Source: the human T2T-CHM13v2.0 reference genome, Homo sapiens. From it: a DNA stretch of 64,000 nucleotides. The position numbers were made by a program, and so were the translations under genes. Where the stretch lies: assembly GCF_009914755.1 (NCBI RefSeq), contig NC_060929.1; one strand, given 5' to 3'. The notes under the pieces were generated by a model that worked only from the letters and a program-made list of their open reading frames with translations, did no database searches and was not told the DNA's origin. Positions 44,726 through 60,396 of the stretch are shown here, one piece after another. Position 1 is the first letter of the stretch; every line of letters starts with the position of its first letter.

Positions 44726-47145
44726 GCATGAAATTTTTCAAAAAATATTTTTATGATGCAGCTTCTGAACATTTGGACAGACTTGATTTGTATTTTATTT
44801 CTGATAAGGAATAAGTACTTGTTTCTGTTGTTTTGGACAAATAGTTGTTACCAAAATATTCAAAACCACTTTGAGTTTACATACTAGTTACCTTAAAAAT
44901 TATTCCCTGACACTCTGACATTCCTTCTAAACACCTCTGCCATCTCTCTTATGTACTCTCATGGGTTTTTTTGTATGATTTGAATATGAATGTGCCTAAA
45001 GAATTTTTGCTCTCTTAATCTATGTATACATACTTGAACAAATCATTCTTGCTTAACTGCTGATCTTTTGTAAAACTATTGCTAGTCATAATGGATTTCT
45101 ATAACCTGAAAGTTGATATAATACAGCACGTGGAGCACTTTAAAAACAAAGAAACTTGAAAATAATTTTATTTTTTACCTTTACATGGTGTGTTCTAGAC
45201 TACTGCATTATGACTACATAAACCTACCTGAGCTCTTACAAGTACAGAATTGTGAGACAGAGGTTTTGTGATGGAAAACATACACATAGGGAAAAATACC
45301 AAACTGAGCAATATAAATTTCACAGCTCACATCTTAGCCAGTACAAAGAAACTTTCACATGGGGTGAATATTATAATACTTGAATTTGAGACTTAATACT
45401 GTATATGAATTAATCATCCCACTGTAATAACTGACATCTTCAAATAGTTGGGCTTATGAAAAATTTGACTAAGACATTTTATTTTATACTTTATGTAAAT
45501 GTGAAATAAGTTCTGGTCATATAAATATGTAGAATGCATGTGTGTGAACTCTATGAAGTGAAGTGTGGTGGCCTTTTATGTTTCAGAGTACTCAAGTGTA
45601 CAATTGATTTATATAAAAATGCAAAATGAACTCAGGTCATTTTGAAATTAATATTAATATTTTTGTTGTTTAACTTTAAAGCTAGCTCCCCTAACTTTAT
45701 ATATTTTTTGGGAAAAAATACCTAAAAACCTCAGCCTACAAAGACTCTCAGAAATGCCAAAGATTTTCAAGGAAATTCATATTATATATTTCAAAAATGA
45801 TTTATCAATGTTATCTACCAAAAGAAATAATTTTATTTTTCCCCTTTGGGGAGATATTATCCTCTAATATGAGAATCAGATCCCTAGATTCTATTTCTAC
45901 CTATACTATTAAACTCAACCTTGAACCTGAGCTTGGTTGTTTCTGTGCCTTAGTTTCTCCACTCGTAAACAATTTCCTATAAAAATTGTTTAAACACCAA
46001 CCAAAATTTACCATATGTATTCATTCTCTTGCCTTAAAGATCACTTCTTAACTTACATTTGGCTCTCACCCTCTAAAAATTTGTAGTTTGGAGAGTAACT
46101 GAAAGCACAATTTTAAGAAACATGTTTTCCTCACAAAATATATTGTAATCTGATTTTCCTATCTTGTATTCATGCAGAAAATTGGAGAAAATGTGTATTG
46201 TCTTGTGCCATTCTGCAATATGAATTTCTCAGGAAAAAGATGTTTCAATGGCAATACTTTCTTAAATAATTCAAGATGGGTGTGAGGACCTATCTTATTA
46301 GTTTAGTGCTGTGTTAACCATTTGTGAATTACTTCTTGTTTAAAGGAAGTTGTCAAAAAATTTTAAGATTCTAAATGGAATACACGAATAAAGTAAGCCT
46401 TAGAATAGAAACCTCACAAAAAGTTGTCATTTGCGGTTGATAATTAACATAGGTGTTTTATTCTCTCAACTCCTTAGTACCAGAGCCAAATACAATTTAG
46501 TTTTCAGAAATCTTATCAATATTGTTCTATTTACCTACTTATAAATCTGCAGATAACCACTTGAACCAGGCAAATACACTGAAGATAAAGGTTATTTCTT
46601 TTTTTAGCTTTGAATTTGTCATGACCATTTTAGTCTTGCAGATAGCAGGGCAGCCCCTTGGGGCAAGGATTTACTCTGGGAGGTACCGTTAAGAGCCTTC
46701 TTTCCCCCTTTGAAAGATCCTTTTACAATGTTAAAGTATACTAGTTGCAAGAACAAGCAGGATTTGCAGGTTGCTTTACCAGCATGAGTCTCATTTTTCT
46801 GGCTTAAAATCTGGGACTGTGAAATTATTCCATAGGAAAGTGAATATTATTTTGCAGAATTAGCCTCTTACATAAAAGTATTTGTTGAAGTGTCTTTAAA
46901 ATTGCTATCATGAGCAAAACTGGTTGCTGTAATGCTTGTTTTTCTGTATTTATTTACACATTAAATTCTTACAAAACAAAATGTGTTCGTTTGTTTTATA
47001 GTAAGATGTTTTATTTTGAACTTATTTAAATGTTTATTTGTTAGAGAAAACTAATTTGTTAATATAGATCTTAACTAGTAACTATTAAGCAGGGATGTTT
47101 GTTCCAAATATTCTTGAATAAACAATCACCACAAACAACAAAACT
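44726..47145 (+). other. POLR3G: POLR3G 3' UTR (end approximate)
   Basis: AT-rich and repeat-poor; AATAAA at 46387-46392 and 47117-47122. Confidence 0.7.
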
Positions 47146-47179
47146 CTGGTTAATGATTATTCAAAAAAGTTGTTGTGAG

Positions 47180-47340
47180 ATGGGCATGCTGGTCTGTGCC
47201 TATAGTCCCAGCTACTCGGGAGGCTGAGGTTGGAGAATTATTTGAGCTCAGGAGGTCAAGGCTTCAATGGGCCAAGAGGAGGCTGAGGTGGGAGGACTGC
47301 TTGAGCCCAGGAGGTCGAGGCTTCAGTGAGCCAAGATGGC

Positions 47341-47381
<41 letters not shown>
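47180..47381 (+). mobile_element. Old Alu right-monomer (FRAM/AluJ-like) with an internal ~58-bp duplication, ending in (CA)~20
   Basis: ggaggctgagg...gccaaga occurs twice, followed by the CA microsatellite. Confidence 0.75.
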
Positions 47382-47384
<3 letters not shown>

Positions 47385-47566
47385 TTATGATAACTTAAGA
47401 GATTTGGCAGACAATATAATTTAGTGTGATCATTCATGCTTGGGCTGACTTATAGTGGATACCAGAGAATGTTAAGACATTCAGAAGATTCTTTTTAAAC
47501 TTTTCACTTCACTACCTTCAAATGTACAGTGTCGATGGCTTTGCCTTTACATGGTTAAAATCTCAA

Positions 47567-47727
47567 GCCCGTGTGGTGGCATGTGCCTGTAGTCCCGGCT
47601 ACTTGGGAGGCTCACATGGGAGGATCAGTTGGCCCCAGGAGTTCGAGGCTGCAGTGAACCATCATGCTATTGCACTCCAGCCTGGGCAACAGAGCAAGAG
47701 CCTGTCTCCAAAAAAAAATTTAAAAAA
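47567..47727 (+). mobile_element. Fossil Alu monomer (FAM/FRAM)
   Basis: gtggtggcatgtgcctgtagtccc...caggagttcgaggctgcagtga...A tail. Confidence 0.8.
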
Positions 47728-48209
47728 ACCTCTGTAGTAAAAATTACTATTTATTAAAAAAAATTAACACAATATTAAGATCAAGATGCATTTGAAAATG
47801 GAAGAAAAAAATCAGGGTTTATACACATTCCTCCATTAAATAAATAAAAGCTCCAAAGAACTTTCTCAATTTTTCTGCTAATAATCTTTTAAACAGTATT
47901 CTTGAGGTTGTTTTATAATAAATTAAAATCACATATAAAGAGAGCAGGTTATAATCTATAGATAATGACTCATCTACAACTTCATAGCAATTCCTGGACC
48001 ATGCCTTACCAGATCTTACCCTGAGGAAAATCTCCCAAAGAACATTCATCTAAAATATTTCATCTATGTCTTACAAATAATCCAAGGTATTCTGCTTCAC
48101 TGTAGCAAATAAGAAATCTGAATTGGTAAACCTTTGGCAATCTGCTCTATCTTACATAATATCTCTATATTAGATAGTTTGAAAGTGGAGAAAAGCTTTG
48201 CTTTATTCA

Positions 48210-51200
48210 ATTAAATTCACTGGCTTCCATTTTAGATTGAATAAGAGAAACTTTATTACATGTTGGAGATCTTTCAAAATATGAAAAATAAGGGGCAAAA
48301 AATTTTAAAAACTGGTTTTACAGATACACATGCTAACAATGTTCTACAGTTACATTTGTATAAAATACATTATACAAAAGATTTATAGATTTTGCATACA
48401 TAAAAATTAAAGCATTCAGATATTTCTATGATCTAACAGTGCAATATGCACATACGTGGAAGAAAATACTGATTACCTGAGCAACATTTTTGTAATGCAA
48501 ATTAAAAATGAATCCATCAGTGCACCATTTAAATACAGACTTTAAAAAACTCCACCTTTACCCTGTAACACTGACTAGATCCTTGCTTCATGATATTTCT
48601 AAAACTAAGCATATCCTTCATATTTTCAACTAGGTAATTTTAGAAGTAGATACTTTAAAAAAGAACTAATTACTAAGTAGTGGTTCATTTAAATAACTCT
48701 TCAGGACACTGAACCAAGCAGGTAGAGTCCAGGAAAAGAAAAGCTGTAAATAAAAAGTCCTTTGGAGGAGATAATTTAACATGAGTCTTCTAATTTTTAA
48801 TGTGGCCAGCAGAGTGTGTAACCATTTTTAACATATCTTTTGAAAATATGAACTCCATAACTTCCTAGGAGTGAGATAGCAAAGAAATTTTATTTTAACC
48901 GAGACTTCATAAAACTATCAGCTTTTTGTTTACTTGCTAACTCCAAAATTTTAAGTAAACCAAATGCAATGATTCTGCTGTTACTTTTACATTGCATACA
49001 AGTACATGCGTGCACACATGCAGACACACACACAGACACACATGTAAAGCAACAAATTCAAAGAAGGGTGTCAACACAATTAAAATCCATAATGTTAAAC
49101 AATAACTGTGCTTGTTAGTTATACAAGGTAATTTGCATTTGATATAAACTTAACTTACATTAGTACTTTTTAGAAACTAAAATTATTCCAAATGTATTAA
49201 ATGCTTAGAAAATTCATTTCTTTCCTAAACAGATTAGAACCATAATTCAATATGTAACCTTTATATAGAATTATATGTAACTCAAATTATATTCAATTAA
49301 TTCAAATATATAATTTAAATACAGAAAAAAGAAAACTACCTGATGTGTTATAAGGATGTATATTTCCTTCAAAAAAGGATACTCTGCAAGACAAATGATT
49401 TTTAATCAACAAATACACAGCACACCTTATTCCTTTAAAAAATAAGTTACATATTTTGGAAAACGAACCCATAACAATTTCAAAGTACAACTAGCAAAAA
49501 AAGTAAGGAATCACTGACTGTAATTTCATCAATTTGATGTAAACAAAGTTCTTCAAAGGACACCTGGCCTGTTTACCCTAAAATAATCTGCATTTTCTTC
49601 CTTAAAACCTCATTTTTCAGCAGACTTAATAAATACAATGTAAAATGACCAGTTAACACTAAGCATAAATTATATCACACTCTTCTTTTCAAGATGCCCA
49701 AGGCACATTAAAACTACTTTTTAAATGTTTAATTTACTAAGAGAATCATTTGCAACTTCCCTATTAAACACTTTTTGGTAATTGTCTAAGGTCCTCTAAT
49801 ATTTGCAAGGGCTTTAATGTTTGACTTCTTTGTCCTGTCTTTTCCTGATGGTCTTCTCCTGAAAGTACATAAAACTGCATTTGCCATAAATATTTACTTA
49901 TTCTGAGTTAAATTTGAAATATATAAAATGACTTATCAAAAGCCTGAAACATCAACAATTAGGAAATAATGCCCAGAAAATGAGGTGGTATTATATATCT
50001 TAAGTATATATTATATACAAAACAGGCAATCCAGACTCCACCAAATCTCATTTCTATTGAAGAATCATTCTGGTTACATTTTTAAAACACATACTTTTAA
50101 AGATTAAATGATGGAATCAGTATGCAAATGCTTCTTACTTAGCCAGACTGTAGCCGACTCAACAGATCTTAAAAAGAGGCACTACCACCCCCTTTCAAGC
50201 AATCTATACACCTTTGGCCTTTGTTTCCCAATTTGATGCTATATATAGAGATCAGGAAAAAAGTCTAAATTGGATATTTTCTCTTTGAAAAACAGAGGTT
50301 AAGGGATTACTAAATAATTTGTCTGTTACTGCTAATATAAAATACCTCTACTCTTTTTTGCTTAATGAACCATTTTCTTCAACAGACCTCAAAGGCAGTT
50401 TTGACCCAATTATTTGTGCTTGATGGTGAAAATGGAGACAAATTTATATAGCCTATGTAACGAATCTGATTGGACCATATGAAATAATGCTTATTTTTAA
50501 TTCTGAAACTTGGATTTACTTACATAAAGCAGTAAGGCATTAAATGTAATTAAGGCATGTTACTGTATGTAACAGCAATGATTTATCACAGTATATAAGG
50601 AATTATTTCCTAAATAATGGTAATATGCACGTTTAATATATTTTTCATCATCAAAACTACAAAAGTGCTTTCAAATATCAGAGGCAAATATAATCATTTT
50701 AAAAACAGATGCACAGAGGTGAGGTTAAAGGGTCTGTCCTAAAGAAAGCATTCTTAAGACAAAAATTACTGTCAGGTCTTCACCTATTCCAGTGTTCTAC
50801 TGACTTCCCAACCATAATACATTATTTTGGGGTCTTGAAAATATTTTAATCTATTTCTTGGCCTCTGTTGTAGGAATTATAAATCACTTTCCCCTTTCTC
50901 TTTGTACGTATGCTTTCATAGCACATGTGCTAAATGTATTTTTTAAAAGTTTTGAAGGGGTGTGTTACGTATCCTACCATGAATAATTTTAGAATCAAAT
51001 TTTCTTGCAACTGAATATTTTGGGGGTTCATAGTAGTAAATTTTTTTCAGCTGCAGACATCTGATGCTATCATTCTGCATCATAAATTTAACATTAATAA
51101 ACTTTTTAAAAATTACTTAAAAAAATAAAATTTAAACATGCATTTTAAGAAAAATGATACATCTTCCAAGTTAAGTACTTCCTAAACACACATTTAAATT

Positions 51201-51427
51201 AATTTCTGCTTGAAACATTCACACACCAGATTTATGGATCAACTGCTCTCAACATCAACAACTAGTTGCTCAAAAAATTTTCAAAGTGTGAAACCCTTTT
51301 GTTAAAAACAAAAGCATCCTCAATCTCTCTAAATTCTGCCTTTGAAGCTATTATTGGATATAACTGATTCACCACATTCCAGATGCACATGTGACCTGAC
51401 CACTAACATTTGATTATGAGCTAATTG
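48210..51427 (-). other. LYSMD3: LYSMD3 3' UTR (end approximate)
   Basis: Repeat-free AT-rich stretch; minus-strand AATAAA at 48252-48257 and 48202-48207. Confidence 0.7.
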
Positions 51428-52093
51428 CTATGTTTCCTGTTGAGCAGCAGGTGACTGAGAATCTTGACTATACAGTTTATGATCATCTTGTTGGCTGAAA
51501 TGTATTCCTTTAGTTGGCACAATTCCATTTTCCATTTCTCTCTGCTGTGATGGGGGTGTGATTTTTGAATGTAAATGTGAAGAGTCCACTGTTGAATGAT
51601 GACTAACATCCACCTTAGCTAAAATTTCATAATACAACAAATAAAACACTGGTGTTATTATACCTACTATCAACATTATCACTACAGCTGTCCACCACCC
51701 TATTCCCCAGTCTGCTCCATAATAGGGGTCTTTACGTTGAGTGTTTTTGTTATCAGGTTCAAAACGCATTTGTTGTGCTGTTAAGGCCGATACTACCTCA
51801 TTGAGGTTCTCTCTCTTATTGTCTGTACACTTTACTATTTGTTCTATGTCTCGGTCTACTTCTTTTAAAAAGCTACCAGCTGAGTCACTGTAAGCAAGAG
51901 AATCATTAGCTGGCAAAATTTCCTGTTGTTCGGAAGAGTATTGAACAGATGAATGACGTGAAGTCTGTCTTCCTTTTGGAGGACAAAGTGTTTCGGTCAA
52001 GGAACTGAACTTTTTTACTGGAATTTTGATAGACCTAAGGGCAAAAAAGTCTTGATCACTGATGAGATTGTTAACTCTCTTGATATCTGCTAC
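51428..52093 (-). CDS. LYSMD3: LYSMD3 last exon: second half of the LysM domain, single TM helix ([23 protein letters not shown]) and C-terminus
   Basis: Acceptor ttttcccccccacag|GTA at 52093; TAG at 51428-51430; 666 nt; gives 306 aa with exon 2. Confidence 0.96.
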   Translation of the reverse strand, partial: VADIKRVNNLISDQDFFALRSIKIPVKKFSSLTETLCPPKGRQTSRHSSVQYSSEQQEILPANDSLAYSDSAGSFLKEVDRDIEQIVKCTDNKRENLNEVVSALTAQQMRFEPDNKNTQRKDPYYGADWGIGWWTAVVIMLIVGIITPVFYLLYYEILAKVDVSHHSTVDSSHLHSKITPPSQQREMENGIVPTKGIHFSQQDDHKLYSQDSQSPAAQQET

Positions 52094-52974
52094 CTGTGGG
52101 GGGGAAAAAAAAAGCAACATACAACTGAATTCCAATCAAAATAAAGGCAGCAATAGTCATTCATTCTAGTTACTTTTGGAGGAAAAAAAAAGTTGAATTA
52201 TTAGTAGTATTAAGTTGCACCCAGAGAAATTTTAATTTTATTTGTAGATGAGAATTCTACACCACTTTAGATGTACCAATCTTAGGAAATCACCAACTAC
52301 TTTTTACTATCACCCATATATGTTAGTAACACTAATTAATGCTATTTAAGTAGATTCTAGAATCCTTTGCTGCTTCCCTTTGTGCATCATGCATAAATAC
52401 CACAGTCCTTCTGCTTGTAAACAATTTGTGAAGGAAGGATTATGGGTAGTTATGTTCTTTATTCCAGTTTGGAAACTGGAATATAGACAAATGCTACCCA
52501 ACTAAAACTACCATATTTTATCAAAACTAAGATGCCATAACTCTAAGATGCAGCATTATTTTATGTATATCTAGGGAAAAAAAAAACTTCACCAAAAATT
52601 GAAGATGCCACCATTCCAAAAAAAGATGCTAAAATGTGTGGAAAAGCATATATACCTTAGAATTTAAAAAATTGGTAATTTATCCCCCTTATTTCTGAAG
52701 CCATTTCCCTCCCAAACTTCTCAGTGTAAATGCATTATTCAACTACTTTCAAGATTAATCACTTTTATAAGCTTTTTCTCTATATATTATACATTCCTCA
52801 ACCTGTTTGTATTATCCCATCCACTGTGAGATAACCTGTCTGTATATCCTATTCCACTGTGTTGGGGGAAGAGGGGAGTGTCTGGCAGATTACCAATTGG
52901 TATGCCAGGCTCTCCCACCATCTATTAGTCCCATTCATTTCCATCAATACTTTAAAACCTAATCATGTATCACC

Positions 52975-54150
<1,176 letters not shown>

Positions 54151-54643
54151 GATAAAGTGTGTTTTATCATCTTACTACCTTCGCACTGTTTTGTCTTATA
54201 GCAAATGAAGATTCACTGAAAAATCCCAGTCTGACCCCATTCTCTTTAAATGCTCTTTTGCTTGGTATTGTGTACTCTTACTAATAACTACTTAATACTC
54301 TTTTTGAATTAGGGTTCCAAGGTTTAGTATCTACCTAAGTTATCTCCCTGAATATCCCTATAATGACTTCTATGCTATGCCAACTTCCTTGGTTGCATTC
54401 AAGATTCCAACCTTGGACTTTTTATTCTTCTCATCACAGTTGTATAACTGACAGATTTTTAATAATTCTTAAGATTATTTCTAAGTGGAATATACCACTA
54501 GCTACTTACTGTATTTTTTAAATGATAGATCCTTTTATAATGATAAATATTTTTATAATTTTTTTTGTTGCTTATGCTTCCATCAAAAAGGAGCACTGCT
54601 TATCTTAACTAATTCTGTTCATCACCTTTCCCACTATAGTGGC

Positions 54644-55014
54644 TGATATGTCCCCACCCAAATCTCATGTCATCTTGTAATCTCCAATGTTAGGGGTGGG
54701 GCCTGGGGGAGGTGATTGGATCATGGAGGTAGATTTCCCCCTTGATACTGTCCTGAGTTCTTGTGAGATCTGATTGTTTAAAAGTGTGTGGAACCTCCTC
54801 CCTCACTCGCTCTTCTTCCTGCTCCAGCCATGTGAAAATGCCTGCTCTGGCTTTGCCTTCTGCCGTTGAGTAAAAGCTCTCTGAGGCCTCCCCAGAAGTA
54901 GATGCTGCCTGCTTATGTACAACCTGCAGAACCATGAGCCAATTAAACCTCTTTTCTTATAAACTACCCAGTCTCAGGTATTTCTTTATAGCAATGTGAA
55001 CACAGACTAATACA
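54644..55014. mobile_element. MST-family (MaLR) solo LTR
   Basis: TGATATG...ccccacccaaatctcat...ccaattaaacctcttttcttataaactacccagtctcagg...gactaataCA with a perfect 5-bp TSD GTGGC. Confidence 0.9.
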
Positions 55015-55223
55015 GTGGCCAATGCCATCTCTCCATTTAAGTACTTTTCATCATTCTCATTTCACATAAGCATTCAGCTGATATATCCTGTGATTTCCCC
55101 CAATACATTAACACTTCTTCTCTATCCTTATCACAAATATTTTAGTCTAAGTCCTGATCATCTTTATTATTCCAGTAATCTCTTTATTGGATCCCCTTCA
55201 ATTCATCAGCAGGCCCCTCTGCT

Positions 55224-55357
55224 ATTCTGTATCACTCCTGTTAAAACTCTACAATAATTGTATTCTCTTACTATATGGATCAAACTTTTCCATTCTGTAT
55301 CACTCCTGTTAAAACCTTACAATATTTGTTCTCTTACTGTATGGATCAAACTTTTCC
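55224..55357. repeat. ~67-bp two-copy tandem duplication
   Basis: attctgtatcactcctgttaaaac...atggatcaaacttttcc occurs twice. Confidence 0.9.
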
Positions 55358-56589
55358 ATAGTGTCTCAAAGCATTTCATCCCAAATAGTCTGTGCCACTC
55401 ACTTCGGAAATAACTATGAAAATTCCCTTTGTTGTTTACCATATTTCCTCCTTGAAATCTTCTTCACATCACTGTTGAATGCCTGAAACATCTTTACACC
55501 TCATTGGAAATATGACCTATTTTTAATTATTCAGATGGTATGTTAAATTTCCCTAAGAGAATTTTCTAGGTTCATTAAAAGAAAGCTAATGTCTTATAAA
55601 ACTACTGAATCACAAACTCTCCTCTCGGATCTGTACCTTGATGTTTTTTAGCCTTGTGTCTCATTTTGAAGTGTATTCCACCATCTACCTTCTATGACAT
55701 ATTCTGTAATTTATTTATCAATGGTCTTATTTCTCTACAAAACATTTACTCACATGTTTATTTGCATTTAGAAATAAACTTAGATATTTTCTGATTTAAT
55801 AATGGCAAGAATTGATGTTGTCATACATGAGCAAGGTAGGAGGAAAAAACTACCCAGCTCTTACACCACATCAAAAAATTCATTTTAATAAAATATTTTA
55901 TTAAATTTTAATATCAAAATTTGAAATGTTTTGATGAATTGTGAATTGTAATAAGAAATGTGAATTATTGCAATAGTTGCAAATGTAGAAGAAAACCTCA
56001 TGACCATAATTTTTTTAGAATATAAATACATTTATATAATATAAACTTATAGACATGTGTGTTCCTATTGCAGAGAAGTATTACAGGTAATCAATAAAAG
56101 GTTTTTCAAGTATAAAAATACTTTACATCATGAAAAATTTGGGGGGAAGATGAAAATATTAATGAGAAAAAGGAATGATATAAAATCTCATGCTATTGAA
56201 AAAAGAGCTCTCATACACACACTTTCCACTTTTTTTAAAAATACAAATTTCAGGTAGCAAATCCTGGTGGTACTTAGAATTCTGTGGATGCATTTAAAGA
56301 GCACTCTAACAGTCTTATTTTTAAATGTTAATACAACATTCTGAAAATTATACCCTTTGTAACTATGTTAAGTCATGAGGAAGAATTTAGGAAGTTCACT
56401 TAAAAATGTGCAATGAGGTACATAGTACATATATTTCAAAATTCTATTGGGAGTATGAGAACAAAAAGTTTGAAAACAAATGTTCTAACCAGTTTCCATA
56501 TCAATGTGGATATAAAAATATCCTGCTAAGGCCTCAAGATGGACATAATGACACAGAGAGAAAATGGGTCCAAATAGAGTATAGTATCT

Positions 56590-57100
56590 ATTAAGATTAA
56601 AAATACACCTTTCCTCTTATCTGGCAATCCCACTTTTAGGATCTATCCCACAGAAGTAAAGGCAGTGCCATTTAAAGATATAGTTGTGATGATATTTGCC
56701 ACACAAGGTAAAACACCAAGAAAATCCTGAGTATCAATTAATAGGGCAATGGCTTAAAAATACTGGAACGTTAATACTACAGACATTATACAACCATTTA
56801 AAATAATGAGTTAATAAGGCTTTGAGGGATGGTCATGAGGGTGTCCATGATACACTAAAGAATGAAAAATGCAAGTTGCAGAGTAAAATGCATAATATAA
56901 TCCACTTTTAAAAATACAAAGATTACTAACTCCCCAAATATGTATATATAAATAAATACTTATGAGCACAAAAAAAGGTAGAGCATTCCTACATGCCAAA
57001 GTGTTAATGCTGGTTATCTCAAGAAATTGGGGCAGGGAAAAGCTTTTCCTTACACATTTCCACATTTTCTTACCATTTGAATAAGAAGATAACATAGTTG
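56590..57100 (+). mobile_element. L1ME-type 3' relic
   Basis: ggcaatcccacttttaggatctatcccacagaa...ccaaagtgttaatgctggttatctc. Confidence 0.6.
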
Positions 57101-57200
57101 AGTGTTTTTCAATACTGAAATTCGTGGATTTGGAAATACACAGAAATTCAAGTATTTGTTAAATATTTAAAAAGTAAACATCTACAAATGTGACACAGAT

Positions 57201-57519
<319 letters not shown>

Positions 57520-57646
57520 CTATGCAAAAAATAAGAGCAAAAAATGGAGAAAGGAATAAACAAGGTAAAAAAGGACACAGAATTTATTTCAGTGTGCGTA
57601 AACAAATAATTTCTTCTGAATTGCATTATGTAATATTAAAACTTAC

Positions 57647-57901
57647 CGTACAACAGTACTGAAGGGCTATTGCATTTAATGTATCTCCTTCTTGTATATC
57701 TTTTGTTAATACTATAATGTCGTCAAGTCTATCTCTTGATGTACTTCTTCGGACTTTCTCTTTTCCTCTGGATCGAAGCTCATACACTTCAGCATCCTCC
57801 TCCAAAATATCACTGTCTGAACAATTTCCAAATGCATGTACTTGACCACTTGACTGAACTCCTGGAAGAGGAAAACTACGATTCTGATGCCTCCCTGCCA
57901 T
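57647..57901 (-). CDS. LYSMD3: LYSMD3 first coding exon: [10 protein letters not shown]...[17 protein letters not shown] (start of LysM domain)
   Basis: Acceptor tttttcctccag| at 57912; ATG at 57901; donor ACG|GTAAGT at 57647; LysM signature GDTLxxIAxxY. Confidence 0.96.
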
Positions 57902-58047
57902 AATGTTAAAATCTGGAGGAAAAAAAAAGCAGAGAAAATTTTGGAATGTAGCTGATCCAACTGACTGATTTGCATGCATCGTACATTCAGGACACAATCT
58001 TTTGTTTTTGTTTTAATGGTTTTAGTTATTTAAACATTTAGGTTTAA

Positions 58048-58383
<336 letters not shown>

Positions 58384-59819
58384 TAAAGTAGAACAAACGT
58401 ATTTGGCAGTGGAGACAAAGGTAAGGGAAGAAGAGGTAATCTCCTCTATTAGATCATATATCACTAAACACGTGGAGTAATTACATATTAACAAAGGCAA
58501 ATTGCTATAATTCTTTTGGTAAAAATATAACTTATAAAATTAAATACTATAAAATATTACATTAAATATAAAATCGTAAATTCCCCTTATTCTGAGTATG
58601 TGAAGAAAATCAGAGAAATAATTGTGTTATGTCTTAAAAACTTGTGACTATATAACTTATAGCTCTGATGGAATCAAAGCATGTTTTATATACACATAAT
58701 ACTTTCATGAATTCAAAACTTTCCAGCTTGTTCTGCATTTCAACTTCATTCAGGATTGGAGTATCTTTCGTATTACTTCCTCCTGGACTTTGGTATTTAT
58801 ATTTAGTGCAGATATGCCTGCAATATAGGTTATGATTTTGCTTCCCTGGAAGCAGGAATTTTTCTTCCCTGGAAGCTTTTTAGCCAACTTAGAGTCCTCA
58901 TCAAATTCAACTTATGGTCCATAAAGACTGTGAACAGATTTTAGGTTACTGTGTTCATTTATACTTTAGAAAAACCATTGTAAGACTGACTGGGAGCTGA
59001 CCTAAGTTAAAAACATGCATCAATGAATACTTTTTGTTTACTTGCATACTAACTCTCAACTCACCATCATCAAGTTGATCTATCTACTCTCTTTAATTAG
59101 GAACGCAAGAACCTAAAAAACTAATTCCACATTCACAGTTTTGGCTTCGTGTTAATTATTCACATAAGAAGGGGCAGACTGCTTTCAGTTCTTGTTGGGA
59201 AAGATGGAGGGAAGTAGTAAGAAGCACTTTGGAGATAAAATTCTTTGCACTCAAGGTGATTCAGACATGAAGAGAGGGAGTAAATTAAGCATCACACCAA
59301 GATTTCTGATTTGCATAATACATTGTGGTGCCATTCTCTGAGATATGGAAGAGGAGCTGGGGGAGGAGGTGCATGGCTATGATTATGAATTCCTCTAAGA
59401 TAGTAAAAAGGAATGGCAAATAGACAAATGGGCTATATAGTCAAACTCAGAGAAAAGGTCTAGGTTAGAAATAAAATTTCATGACTAATTTGCACATAGA
59501 TGAAAATGAATTTGTGAGTACATATATTACCTAGAGAGTATAGAAAAAGAAGAGGGTCCAAGACTGAGCCTTGAAGAAGTCCAAAATTCAGTATCTTGGT
59601 GAAAGGAAATCAGCCTGAAAATATGGATAAGGAGTGTCCAGAAGAGGGAGAAACCATGGAAGTGTTATGTCATGGAAGCCAAAGCAAAATAACATCTCAA
59701 AGACTCACTATTTTTTGAATACTATGGATGAGTACCAAGCGAAACAAAAACAAACAAACAAAAAACAGAAAAGACCAACTCCAAAAATCTGAGTATATAA
59801 AATGGATGACAATAAATTA

Positions 59820-60396
59820 CAAAGGTTGAGAATCCCTAACCCAAAAATCCAATCTTAAATACTCTGAAATTTGAAATACTTTGAGTGCTGACATGAAGCC
59901 ACAAATGGAAAATTCCACAACTGACGTTTCAGATTTCAGATTAGGAATGCTAAACCTGTACAGGTATTCTGGTGATGTGCTTAGGTACCCTGAACACATT
60001 ATTTTTTCACTGTATTAATGGTATTTTTTTTTTTTTTTTTTTTACTGTTAAGCACTTATGTGTGAAAAAGTGTAAGAAAATGACTGCTTATTAGTAGCAT
60101 ACAAATTCAGAGTTAGGAATGACGGTGATGCCAAACAACCACAAATTTTCCACAAGGGTGGCTGAGATAGTGACACTTTTACCTGCTGATGGTTCCAGGT
60201 ACAAGAACTTTTGTGCACAAATCATATAAAATTACCTTCCGACTATGTGTATAAGTTGAATATGAAACACAAATTTCATGTTCAGACAGGTCCCATCCCC
60301 AATGTATCTTATTATGTATATGCAAACATTCCAAAATCCAAAGAAATCTGAAACACTTCCGGTCTCAAGCATTTCAGGTAAGGACTACCCAACCTG
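59820..60396. mobile_element. Tigger4/Zombi-type TcMar DNA transposon relic
   Basis: TA|ca..ggttgagaatccc ... ggactacccaacctg|TA termini; gagtgctgacatgaagccacaaatggaaaattccaca. Confidence 0.75.

Noticed and set aside
51421-52135. ORF-track starts for LYSMD3 at 52135 and 57997
   Set aside because: Intronic read-through upstream of the real acceptors (52093 and 57912).
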